A stretch of DNA of 32,000 nucleotides from positions 1 to 32,000 of the forward strand of contig JALHOH010000002.1 of the NCBI GenBank assembly GCA_022843095.1, in the 5' to 3' direction. Positions 23,626 to 31,814 of the stretch are shown here, in pieces. The position numbers and the translations under genes were made by a program. The stretch's first letter is position 1, and every line of letters starts with the position of its first letter. The notes below the pieces were generated by a model. The model saw only the letters and a program-made list of their open reading frames with translations, ran no database searches and had not been told where the DNA came from. This stretch comes from Candidatus Saccharimonadota bacterium. GTDB taxonomy: Bacteria > Patescibacteriota > Patescibacteriia > 2-12-FULL-60-25.

Positions 23626-24918
23626 ATGCAGCACTTCATTTCGCAGTTTCCTGGACTGGTCGGACAAACGGTTACGATCAAGGGATGGGCATATAACGTG
23701 CGATCCAGTGGATCGATCGCGTTTTTACAGATCCGCGATGGGTCTGGGTTCACACAAGCCGTCGTCGCCAAAACCGCCGTGGACGAGGCGTCGTGGTCCG
23801 CCGCAACGGACGCAACGATTGAATCCGCCGTGGAGATTACCGGCACCGTGAGCGCGCATCCAAAACAGGCGGGGGTCTTTGAGGTACAAGCAACGGCAGT
23901 CGTATTGATTCAAAAGGCGGAGGAATATCCGATTGGGAAAAAAGAGCATGGACCGGATTTTTTGCTGGATCAGCGTCATCTGTGGTTGCGCGCCCCAACG
24001 CAGTGGGCCATTCAAAAAGTGCGCAACGAAGTGATCTACGCGACCTACGATTGGATGCGTGACCATGGCTTTACCAAAATCGATTCGCCGATTTTTACGC
24101 CAAGCGCCTGTGAAGGAACCACGGAATTATTCGAGATCGATTATTTTGGCGAGCGCAAAGCCTACCTTTCGCAATCCGGGCAGTTGTATTTGGAGGCGGC
24201 GATTGGATCGGTGGGGCGGTGTTTTGACTTTGGTCCCGTGTTTCGTGCGGAGAAGTCGAAAACGCGTCGCCATTTGATTGAGTTCTGGATGATGGATGCG
24301 GAAGCGGCGTTTGTGGAGCACAAAGAAAACTTGGAAATCCAGGAACAATTGGTGTGTTGTATTGTGGAGCGCGTGCTCAAAAACTGCCAGGCGGAATTGA
24401 AGATTTTGGAACGCAACCAGGAGCCATTGAAGCAGGTCCAGGCACCGTTCCCGCGGTTAACGCACGCCGAAGCGATCGCGAAACTGCGGACGCTCGGCTC
24501 GGACATCGGCGAAATGGATGACCTTGGCGCAGACGATGAGACGTTGCTGACACAGCAATATGATCGTCCGATTTTCATCGAAAAGTATCCGGCCGCGGTG
24601 AAAGCGTTTTACATGAAGCGTGATCCAAACGATCCGACGCGCGTGTTGAATGCGGATTTGCTGGCGCCGGAGGGGTATGGGGAGATCATCGGCGGATCGC
24701 AACGTGAAGAGAACTACGACGCGCTGTTGGAGCGTATTCGCGAGCACAAATTGCCGGAAGAGGCGTTCAAGTGGTATCTCGATCTGCGTAAATACGGTGG
24801 CGTACCTCATTCCGGATTTGGCTATGGTCTGGAACGCATCGTGACCTGGATTTGCGGTATCCACCATGTGCGCGAAACCATTCCGTTTCCACGTTTGCTC
24901 AATCGATTGGAACCATAA
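23626..24918 (+). CDS. asnS: asparagine--tRNA ligase
   Basis: 430 aa. OB-fold VTIKGWAYNVRSSGSIAFLQIRDGSGFTQAVV, class II motifs FRAEKSKTRRHLIEFWMMDAE and GGSQRE...GFGYGLERIVTWICG, and a C-terminal FPR...L.P typical of AsnRS. Confidence 0.92.
   Translation: MQHFISQFPGLVGQTVTIKGWAYNVRSSGSIAFLQIRDGSGFTQAVVAKTAVDEASWSAATDATIESAVEITGTVSAHPKQAGVFEVQATAVVLIQKAEEYPIGKKEHGPDFLLDQRHLWLRAPTQWAIQKVRNEVIYATYDWMRDHGFTKIDSPIFTPSACEGTTELFEIDYFGERKAYLSQSGQLYLEAAIGSVGRCFDFGPVFRAEKSKTRRHLIEFWMMDAEAAFVEHKENLEIQEQLVCCIVERVLKNCQAELKILERNQEPLKQVQAPFPRLTHAEAIAKLRTLGSDIGEMDDLGADDETLLTQQYDRPIFIEKYPAAVKAFYMKRDPNDPTRVLNADLLAPEGYGEIIGGSQREENYDALLERIREHKLPEEAFKWYLDLRKYGGVPHSGFGYGLERIVTWICGIHHVRETIPFPRLLNRLEP
24886..24918. 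repeat. 33-bp direct repeat copy 1 (last 10 codons plus stop of asnS)
   Basis: TTTCCACGTTTGCTCAATCGATTGGAACCATAA is repeated exactly at 26411..26443. Confidence 0.95.
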
Positions 24919-24942
24919 TGGTCCAAGCGTTCATCGCAAAAC

Positions 24943-24971
24943 AAAAACACCCAAGAAAAGGGGTGTTTTTT
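24943..24971 (+). terminator. rho-independent terminator (AAAAACACCC-8nt-GGGTGTTTTT)
   Basis: 10-bp stem plus U-run, 25 nt after the asnS stop. Confidence 0.8.
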
Positions 24972-24981
24972 GGTCTTAGGA

Positions 24982-25010
24982 TTGACAAAAGTGCGTTTCC
25001 AGTTTAGATT
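24982..25010 (+). promoter_or_regulatory. sigma-70-like promoter TTGACA-17nt-TAGATT for the island gene
   Basis: Hexamers and 17-nt spacing read directly. About 130 nt of leader follows, then GAGGTG 6 nt before ATG 25143. Confidence 0.5.
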
Positions 25011-25142
25011 TTGTCGTTCGGACTACGGTTCTGAACCTTACATTTGAAGCGCTTGTTTACGCAGAGAAACGAACGGAACGGTAAGCCCGGGGTCCCGCAA
25101 TTCTGCTGGGATGAGGGGCAAGCCAAACCAACGAGGTGTGTC

Positions 25143-26318
25143 ATGGCGAAGCGAAACGTTACCGAGATCGAGACCGGCGCAGGGTTCTTCATGGGGTTCG
25201 TAAACGCGATGATGGACGTGGTCCGTGAGAAGGCGATTCCCTTCGCGGCCGTCTACCGGCTCGCGACCGCGGGCGGCCGGAAGACGCTCGGTTCGATGAT
25301 CGACCTGGCCTACGCCGACTGGCAGGCCGAGCAGCCGAAGCCCGTCGAGCAGCAGCCGCAGGACGGTCACCCGTACCAGGGCGGCGCGCAGACGAACGGT
25401 TCGCCGTTTTCGGCCCCGATCACCTACGTCCAGCCCGAGTTCGAGGAGTTGAAGCGCCGGTTCCCGGCCTACGTCAACCCCGACTACAAGGGCAAGCGGT
25501 TCGATCCGATCGAGCGCTGCAAGGCCGTCTCTAAGGAGAACCGCGTGGTCGCCTTCGAGTACGTCCACATGGACCGCGCCGCGTCGACGGACGAGGTGCT
25601 CGCCGAGATGGATAACCGCGGCCTCCGGCCCGCGCTCTACGAGGAGCTCCTCGGTTTCGCCGAGAAGTACCCCGACGAGCAGCGGAAGTATCCGATCGTC
25701 GCTCTCGGATCCGAGGCGGACGTGCACGGTAACCGCCACGTCGCGTTTCTGTGGAACGATGACCTTGGCCGGCGCCTTGGCCTGGGCTGGATTGGCCTTG
25801 GTTGGGGAGTCTACTACTGGTTCCTCGCCGTCCCGGTCGGCTCGGCGGTCGAGCGACCGCTCGTCGACGGCGAGTACCGCGTGCCGGTCAGCTACAGCAT
25901 GCCGCGCGACAAGGCGACGCTCGAGAGCGAGTTCTCGAAGGACGGCGTGTCCGATCTGTTCACCGGCAACTACGAGTGGCAGCCCCACTCGTCGTGCTCC
26001 GAGATCGACCAGACGCCGGGCGAGCGCATCATGCTCGTCAAGTACTTCGGGCGCGACACGACGAGCGAGGCGAATATCGCCGAGATGGACAAGCTGGGCT
26101 ACCGCCCCGCGACCCACCTCGAGGCGTACGCGTTCGCCAAGGCCAACCCCGAGCTGCAACGTCAGTTCTGGATCGTGGCTCTCGGCTCGTCCGCGATGCA
26201 TGGCGATGACCGGCGCGTCGCGGTATTGGACAGCGGTTCCGACGGGCGCATACTCGGCAGCAACTGGTTCGACATCGGGTGGAGTTCCGAGGGCCGATTC
26301 CTGTTCGTGCGCAAGTAG
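25143..26318 (+). CDS. hypothetical protein with an internally duplicated ~100-aa domain (GC-rich island cargo)
   Basis: The two repeats share AEMD..G.RPA...E...FA...P..QR...IVALGS....G.R.VA.L......R.LG..W...GW.....FL.V. The opposite-strand ORF 25038..26417 is an Arg/Ala/Val shadow. Confidence 0.7.
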   Translation: MAKRNVTEIETGAGFFMGFVNAMMDVVREKAIPFAAVYRLATAGGRKTLGSMIDLAYADWQAEQPKPVEQQPQDGHPYQGGAQTNGSPFSAPITYVQPEFEELKRRFPAYVNPDYKGKRFDPIERCKAVSKENRVVAFEYVHMDRAASTDEVLAEMDNRGLRPALYEELLGFAEKYPDEQRKYPIVALGSEADVHGNRHVAFLWNDDLGRRLGLGWIGLGWGVYYWFLAVPVGSAVERPLVDGEYRVPVSYSMPRDKATLESEFSKDGVSDLFTGNYEWQPHSSCSEIDQTPGERIMLVKYFGRDTTSEANIAEMDKLGYRPATHLEAYAFAKANPELQRQFWIVALGSSAMHGDDRRVAVLDSGSDGRILGSNWFDIGWSSEGRFLFVRK

Positions 26319-26410
26319 CATTGAACCCTCTGCGCTACGGACCCTGTCCGGTGCACGAAATCCCAAAAATGGATTTTCGTGCGCTGGGCGGGGTCGTTTT
26401 TTTGATAAAA

Positions 26411-26443
26411 TTTCCACGTTTGCTCAATCGATTGGAACCATAA
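26411..26443. repeat. 33-bp direct repeat copy 2 (orphan copy of the asnS 3' end)
   Basis: Exact copy of 24886..24918, followed by its own terminator. Confidence 0.95.
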
Positions 26444-26447
26444 GTTC

Positions 26448-26474
26448 AAAACGACGCGGTATCGCGTCGTTTTT
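26448..26474 (+). terminator. rho-independent terminator (AAAACGACGCG-gtat-CGCGTCGTTTT)
   Basis: 11-bp stem including the A/U extension, tetraloop and U-run. Probably the ancestral asnS terminator. Confidence 0.8.
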
Positions 26475-26496
26475 GGTCGTGGCGTACAATGCGGAT

Positions 26497-27411
26497 ATGT
26501 TTGGCCATCATATTGGTTGGATGCGGACGCTCTTGCTTGCGGGGGCGCTTGGCGGGGTGGCGTATTTTGGGATTCCGGCGGTCGAGCAGGGTGGGGCATC
26601 ACAGACGCCCACTTCAACGCTCCCGACCGTGGCGACAGCTCCGGCAACGGTGGGAGAGCAAGAGCGTTCGGTGCGTTTGGGGGTTCCGGTGCCTGCGATG
26701 ATGCAGGATCGTGCATTTTTGCTAGCGCTTCCAAAAGGAACGATCACGGAGGCGCGTGTGCCTGCGGGGTGGCGTACGGCGGCGCTCGAACGAGAAGGCG
26801 GGACGTTGACGTCACTGCAAGATGGGGCGTTTAAGCTCACGACGACAGAGGGGTGGTCTGCGGTACTGCGTCAAAAGAATGGTGAACCGTATCGCGAGGC
26901 AAGTGTGCTGTGTCACCTGAATGAAACGCAGGTCGCCGTTCTAGCGGTTGCGGATACGCGAGTGGTGCTTTCGGTTGGGAAAACGGGGGAAGTGCGATCG
27001 CTTGGGGCGCTCACGGAATTTATGGAACCGGTCGGATGTTCCGGGGGATCTGTCTGGCTCGCCACGTTTCAGCCGGGCGAGGGACTTGAATCTCCTCCGA
27101 CGGGTCCGTCAAACCTCCATCGATTGGGATTGGATGCTCAAATGGCCCCTGTCCTGTCGGATTCCGATGTGATCGTACGCGTGGTGGCGCGATCATCGAC
27201 GGTGTTTGCCTATCGGATGGAATCTGGTGGCTTTGTGGCGCGCACCGCGGATGCGCGGTTTCGTGCCGAGGGCATCCCTCTTGTCTGGTTGGATGACCAG
27301 CGGTTGTTGTTTGCGCAGGGCGTGACGCTTTCGGTTGCAGATGTCCCGCGCGCGACCTCAACGCAGGTGGGAACCATGCCTCTTTCGCCAGGCGTTGCTG
27401 TGCTAGAATGA
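26497..27411 (+). CDS. membrane-anchored/secreted hypothetical protein (304 aa)
   Basis: N-terminal hydrophobic segment MRTLLLAGALGGVAYFGIPAV. TACAAT ends 6 nt upstream of the ATG. The 5' part of ORF 25759..27411 is out-of-frame read-through of the island gene and is rejected. Confidence 0.6.
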   Translation: MFGHHIGWMRTLLLAGALGGVAYFGIPAVEQGGASQTPTSTLPTVATAPATVGEQERSVRLGVPVPAMMQDRAFLLALPKGTITEARVPAGWRTAALEREGGTLTSLQDGAFKLTTTEGWSAVLRQKNGEPYREASVLCHLNETQVAVLAVADTRVVLSVGKTGEVRSLGALTEFMEPVGCSGGSVWLATFQPGEGLESPPTGPSNLHRLGLDAQMAPVLSDSDVIVRVVARSSTVFAYRMESGGFVARTADARFRAEGIPLVWLDDQRLLFAQGVTLSVADVPRATSTQVGTMPLSPGVAVLE

Positions 27412-27418
27412 GGGTCAT

Positions 27419-27634
27419 ATGTCCACGTCTTCTGGTGCATCCGCGCCTCTCTGGTTGAAGGTATTCATCGCTCTCGGGGTGCTGGTTGCGATCTATCTCA
27501 TGGCGGCGCCGTTTATGTTTCGTGAATTAGAAAAAAAGGAAGAACAACGTTTTTCTGGATGCAAGGCTGGTCAACGCGTGGATTGTGAACCGTCTTTGTT
27601 TTGGGAGCGGAATGGCTGGTCGCTGTCTCGTTAG
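27419..27634 (+). CDS. small single-pass membrane protein (71 aa)
   Basis: TM segment LWLKVFIALGVLVAIYLMAAPFMF. GAGGG lies just upstream. Tightly packed after the preceding gene. Confidence 0.5.
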   Translation: MSTSSGASAPLWLKVFIALGVLVAIYLMAAPFMFRELEKKEEQRFSGCKAGQRVDCEPSLFWERNGWSLSR

Positions 27635-27688
27635 TACGCGCGTCGGTTGACGACTTTCCTACGCACGCCGCATGATACGCGAGCAACT

Positions 27689-29083
27689 ATGCCACGCGTC
27701 ATGCATACCGACACCGTCGGAAAAGTGGGGGAAACGGTCACGATCAAGGGGTGGGTCAATACCCGTCGCGACATGGGGAAAATCACCTTCCTCGACATGC
27801 GCGATCGATCCGGGTTGGTTCAGGTCGTGTGCGTGCCACAAGAACTCTCCGAGCGCGCGCAGACCGCCGTGCCGGATCTGCGTTCCGAATATTGTCTTGC
27901 TATCACGGGAGTGGTGCAAAAACGAGGAGAAAAACAGATCAATCCGAACCTCGCGACCGGAACCGTCGAGATTCTTGCAAAAGATATTGAGGTGCTGAAT
28001 ACGGCAAAAACGCCGCCGTTTGAATTGGAGGATACTTCGAAGGTGAACGAAGAATTGCGTCTCAAGTATCGTTACTTGGACATGCGTTCGCCGCGGATGT
28101 TGCGGAACATGGTGTTGCGCGACAAGGTGATCGCGTTCTTCCGAAATTATCTTCGCAATCAAGGGTTCCTCGAAATTGAGACGCCGATTTTGACCAAGGG
28201 GACGCCGGAAGGGGCGCGTGAGTTTTTGGTGCCGTCTCGCATGCATCCAGGGCAATTTTACGTGTTGCCGCAATCGCCGCAGCAGTTCAAGCAGTTGCTG
28301 ATGGTCGGGGGCTTGGAAAAGTATTTCCAGATCGCGCGGTGTTTCCGCGATGAAGACCAGCGTGGCGACCGTCAACCGGAATTCACCCAGCTCGACATGG
28401 AGATGTCGTTTGTCGAGCAGGAAGACGTGCTCGAGCTCATCGAAGCGATGATGATCGAGCTGGTGAAAACGGTGTCGCCAGAAAAGCGCATCCAACAGAT
28501 CCCGTTCCCGCGCCTGACCTACAAAGAGGCGATGGAAAAATACAACTCGGATAAGCCGGACCTCCGCGAAGACAAGAACGATCCGAACCTGCTCGCGTTC
28601 TGCTGGGTGTTGGATTTCCCGTTCTTCGAGAAGACGGAAGAAGGGGGGTGGACGTTTAGTCACAATCCTTTTAGTGCTGCCAAGCCGGAGCATCGCGAAT
28701 GGTTGATGAAGAAAGAGAACATCGGCGAGATTCTGACCACACAGTACGATATCGCCTTGAACGGGTATGAAGTTGGCGGGGGAAGTATCCGTAACCACAC
28801 GCCAGAGGCGTTGAAAAAGGTGTTTGAGATCCTTGGCTTTAGCGAAGAGGAGATCCAAGCGCAGTTCGGGCACATGCTTGAGGCGTTCTCCTACGGCGCG
28901 CCTCCACACGGAGGGATTGCTCCAGGTGTGGATCGCTTGGTGATGCTCCTCGCGGGCGAACCGAACATCCGCGAAGTGATCCCGATTCCAAAAACGGGGG
29001 ATGCGCGTGACCTGCTTATGGGCGCACCAAGCCCGATGCCGGCAAAGCGTTTGGATGAGGTGCACATCACGACCAAGAAATAG
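27689..29083 (+). CDS. aspS: aspartate--tRNA ligase, bacterial-type motifs but lacking the GAD insertion domain
   Basis: VTIKGWVNTRRDMGKITFLDMRDRSG, FRDEDQRGDRQPEFTQLDMEMSF, GGGSIRNH and PPHGGIAPGVDRLVMLL. Only about 464 aa. DKPDLR is followed within about 15 residues by WVLDFPFFE. Confidence 0.92.
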   Translation: MPRVMHTDTVGKVGETVTIKGWVNTRRDMGKITFLDMRDRSGLVQVVCVPQELSERAQTAVPDLRSEYCLAITGVVQKRGEKQINPNLATGTVEILAKDIEVLNTAKTPPFELEDTSKVNEELRLKYRYLDMRSPRMLRNMVLRDKVIAFFRNYLRNQGFLEIETPILTKGTPEGAREFLVPSRMHPGQFYVLPQSPQQFKQLLMVGGLEKYFQIARCFRDEDQRGDRQPEFTQLDMEMSFVEQEDVLELIEAMMIELVKTVSPEKRIQQIPFPRLTYKEAMEKYNSDKPDLREDKNDPNLLAFCWVLDFPFFEKTEEGGWTFSHNPFSAAKPEHREWLMKKENIGEILTTQYDIALNGYEVGGGSIRNHTPEALKKVFEILGFSEEEIQAQFGHMLEAFSYGAPPHGGIAPGVDRLVMLLAGEPNIREVIPIPKTGDARDLLMGAPSPMPAKRLDEVHITTKK

Positions 29084-29089
29084 ACACAG

Positions 29090-29114
29090 AACCCCCCTTT
29101 CATACGGGGGTTTT
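29090..29114 (+). terminator. rho-independent terminator (AACCCCC-loop-GGGGGTT plus TT)
   Basis: Read directly, 7 nt after the aspS stop. Confidence 0.7.
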
Positions 29115-29177
29115 GCTTGTGAACGAGGGGAAAGCGCTTGCCAGGACTCGATTCTTCTGATTTACTTTCGCTCTTTT

Positions 29178-30644
29178 ATGGAGCACGGAAACGTCATCGT
29201 TCGGTTCAGCGACGTCACCTTTGGGTACGACGAAGATAAGCCTCTGTTGGACGAGGTGAATTTTTCCGTCCGTGAGGGGGCGAAGGTCACCTTGATGGGG
29301 CAAAATGGTGCAGGAAAAAGCACCATCTTTAAGCTGCTCATGGGGGATTTGCATCCACAATCTGGCGCCGTCCACATGGCGCAGGGAGCAACGATCGCCA
29401 TCGCAAAACAGGTGATGGCGCGCGAGTTTTTGGATCTTTCGGTGCGTGCGTTTTTTGCTCGGGCGTTTCCGGAACCGTTGTATGATTTGGATGGACGCAT
29501 TCGTACGGTGTTGGAAACGGTGCAGTTAACGACCTCTCTGGAAAAACCCATCAAGGAGCACTCCGGGGGGCAGCAAGCCCGCCTGCTTCTTGCGTTTGCG
29601 TTGATCCAAGAGCCGGACGTGTTGTTGTTGGATGAGCCGACAAACAATTTGGATAAAGAGGGGATCGCGCATCTGACGTCGTTTCTCATCATGTATCCGA
29701 AGACGGTACTCGTAATCTCGCACGATGCGGATTTCTTGAACCTCTTTACCGAAGGGGTGCTACACCTCGACGTGTTTACACGGAAAATGGAGCAGTACGT
29801 TGGGAACTATTTTGATGTGGTCGAGGAGATTGCGGCACGTCTCGAGCGCGAGCGCATGCAAAACGCGCGGATGTTGAAAGAGATTCAGGATCGTAAAGAC
29901 AAGATCAACTTTTTCGCGAACAAAGGGGGAAAGATGCGCAAACTCGCAAGCAAGCTGCGCGATCAGGTTGAAGAGGCGGAAGAAAATATGGTGGATGTCC
30001 GTCGTGAGGATCGTACAATTCGCGATTTTTTGATCCCGAATCAAGATCTGTTGGGACCGCTCGTGACCATCACGGAGATTTCGCTTTTGAAAGCGGGTGA
30101 GCCCATTCGTGTTCCAGTGGATATCACTATTCGAAAACGCCATCGCTTGCTGATCACCGGGCCGAATGGGATCGGAAAGACGACGCTTTTGCGTACCATT
30201 GCGGAGAATATGGATCCCGGCTCTGTGCTTGGGAAGGACGTCTCTCTCGGGTACTATCGTCAGGATTTTTCCGGGCTGGATGTGGAGGCGCTTGTGTATG
30301 ATGCACTCGCCGAGGTCATGGTTGTGCCATCCAATGAAACGTTGCGCGCCGTTGCCTCGGAGTTTTTGCTGACCTCTGACTTGCTTAAAAATAAGGTAGG
30401 ATCGTTATCCGAAGGGCAAAAAGGGTTGCTCTGCTTTGCGCGATTTGTGCTGCAGGCACCGGGGTTATTGATCCTGGATGAACCGACGAATCACATCAAC
30501 TTTCGTCATTTGCCGGTGATTGCGCGTGCGATCGAGGCGTATAAGGGCGGGCTTATCATGGTGAGTCACGCACCGGAGTTTGTGGAGCAAATCAAATTCG
30601 ACGAGACACTGGATGTAGGATTGCTTGCGTCCCGATCCTCGTAA
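29178..30644 (+). CDS. ABC-F family ATPase (two tandem ABC domains, no TM domain)
   Basis: NBD1 has GQNGAGKST, HSGGQQARLLLA and VLLLDEPTNNLD. A charged linker follows. NBD2 has GPNGIGKTT, LSEGQKGLLCFA and LLILDEPTNHIN. Confidence 0.9.
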   Translation: MEHGNVIVRFSDVTFGYDEDKPLLDEVNFSVREGAKVTLMGQNGAGKSTIFKLLMGDLHPQSGAVHMAQGATIAIAKQVMAREFLDLSVRAFFARAFPEPLYDLDGRIRTVLETVQLTTSLEKPIKEHSGGQQARLLLAFALIQEPDVLLLDEPTNNLDKEGIAHLTSFLIMYPKTVLVISHDADFLNLFTEGVLHLDVFTRKMEQYVGNYFDVVEEIAARLERERMQNARMLKEIQDRKDKINFFANKGGKMRKLASKLRDQVEEAEENMVDVRREDRTIRDFLIPNQDLLGPLVTITEISLLKAGEPIRVPVDITIRKRHRLLITGPNGIGKTTLLRTIAENMDPGSVLGKDVSLGYYRQDFSGLDVEALVYDALAEVMVVPSNETLRAVASEFLLTSDLLKNKVGSLSEGQKGLLCFARFVLQAPGLLILDEPTNHINFRHLPVIARAIEAYKGGLIMVSHAPEFVEQIKFDETLDVGLLASRSS

Positions 30645-30679
30645 GGGAAGCGGTTTGGTATGCGTGCTATACTCCGTGC

Positions 30680-31804
30680 ATGGGTGTAGAACAAACGCGC
30701 GCACTTCGTCATGCAACACTCGCCATGATCGGGACGATCATTGGCGCGGGGTTGTTTGGTCTGCCGGCTATGTTTCGCGAGGTGGGGTTTTGGCCGGGGA
30801 CATTGCTGTTTTGGGGGGTCGTGACCCTAGTGACGCTTACGCACGCCTTGTTTGTCGAGGTGATTTTGGCGACGCCGGAAAAAATGCGGTTGACCGGCTA
30901 TGTGAAGCGGTGGGTCGGGGTCGGTGCATCGCGCGTGACGGCTGTAACCTATCCATTGCAAGTCATCGGCGTGAATCTGATTTATCTGTTGTTTGGAGGG
31001 GAGTTTTTGGCGGCGCTTGCGCGATTGATCGGCTTGCCAGATTGGTTACTTGGGTGGCAGATCCTGTTTTGGCTTGGGGGTGCGACGACCGTGTTTGTGG
31101 GGCTTAAATTGGTGGCAAAGGTGGAAGCGGCGGCAACCTGGATGCTCATGGGGACGCTTGCGTTGTCCGCGGTTCTGGTTGGCTTTCGTATCAATACCAC
31201 TACGCTGTCTGAAGGGAATTGGAGCGCCTTTATGGTGCCGTACGGGGTGTTTCTTTTTAGCGTCTCCGGGATGAACGTGATCGCGGAGGTCGCGGACATG
31301 GTGCAGCGCCGACGCACGGACGTCCTACGTGCATCGCTTGTGGGAACGCTTGCGGCTGCGGTATTGTCGTGGGTCTTTGGTGTTGCAATGGCGTTTACCG
31401 CAGGCGGAACGGATCGAGCGCCTGCGACACTTGGTGCATTGCTTCCCGGAGGATTCGCCTGGCTGATTCCAACGATCGGTTTTTTGGCGGTTGCGACCAG
31501 TTACATTACGACAGCACAGGATCTCAAAGCGTCGCTTCACCTCGATTTTCGTCTTCCAAAAGTTGCGGCATGGAGCATTGCGCTTTTCGTTCCTTTGGTG
31601 CTGTTGCTATTTTTCAAGACCAACGCACTTGCGGCACTTGATGTGGTGGGAACATTGTTTACAGGGATGAATGGGATTTTTATTGCGTTAACCGCGCTTG
31701 TGGTCGCCAAGCTCGCACGCCGTCCGGCTTGGGTGACGGTCGGCGGCTATGTGGTCATCGCGGCATTCGGATTTGGGCTGATTCAACGGTATTTGCTACG
31801 CTAA
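30680..31804 (+). CDS. polytopic membrane transporter, amino-acid permease-like
   Basis: About 11 hydrophobic segments. The N-terminal ATLAMIGTIIGAGLFGLPAMF resembles the G-x-G helix-1 motif of the APC/aromatic amino-acid permease fold. Family assignment is tentative. Confidence 0.6.
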   Translation: MGVEQTRALRHATLAMIGTIIGAGLFGLPAMFREVGFWPGTLLFWGVVTLVTLTHALFVEVILATPEKMRLTGYVKRWVGVGASRVTAVTYPLQVIGVNLIYLLFGGEFLAALARLIGLPDWLLGWQILFWLGGATTVFVGLKLVAKVEAAATWMLMGTLALSAVLVGFRINTTTLSEGNWSAFMVPYGVFLFSVSGMNVIAEVADMVQRRRTDVLRASLVGTLAAAVLSWVFGVAMAFTAGGTDRAPATLGALLPGGFAWLIPTIGFLAVATSYITTAQDLKASLHLDFRLPKVAAWSIALFVPLVLLLFFKTNALAALDVVGTLFTGMNGIFIALTALVVAKLARRPAWVTVGGYVVIAAFGFGLIQRYLLR

Positions 31805-31814
31805 CGCAAAGACT

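Noticed and set aside
25038-26417. 459-aa minus-strand ORF and the 5' part of the 25759..27411 plus-strand ORF
   Set aside because: Both are shadows of, or out-of-frame read-through across, the GC-rich cassette gene. The 26497 ATG begins a sensible signal-anchor protein.
27659-29065. 468-aa ORF antisense to aspS, and 22616..23566 antisense to the Pro-rich protein
   Set aside because: Arg/His/Leu-rich shadows opposite genes with unambiguous motifs or translation signals.
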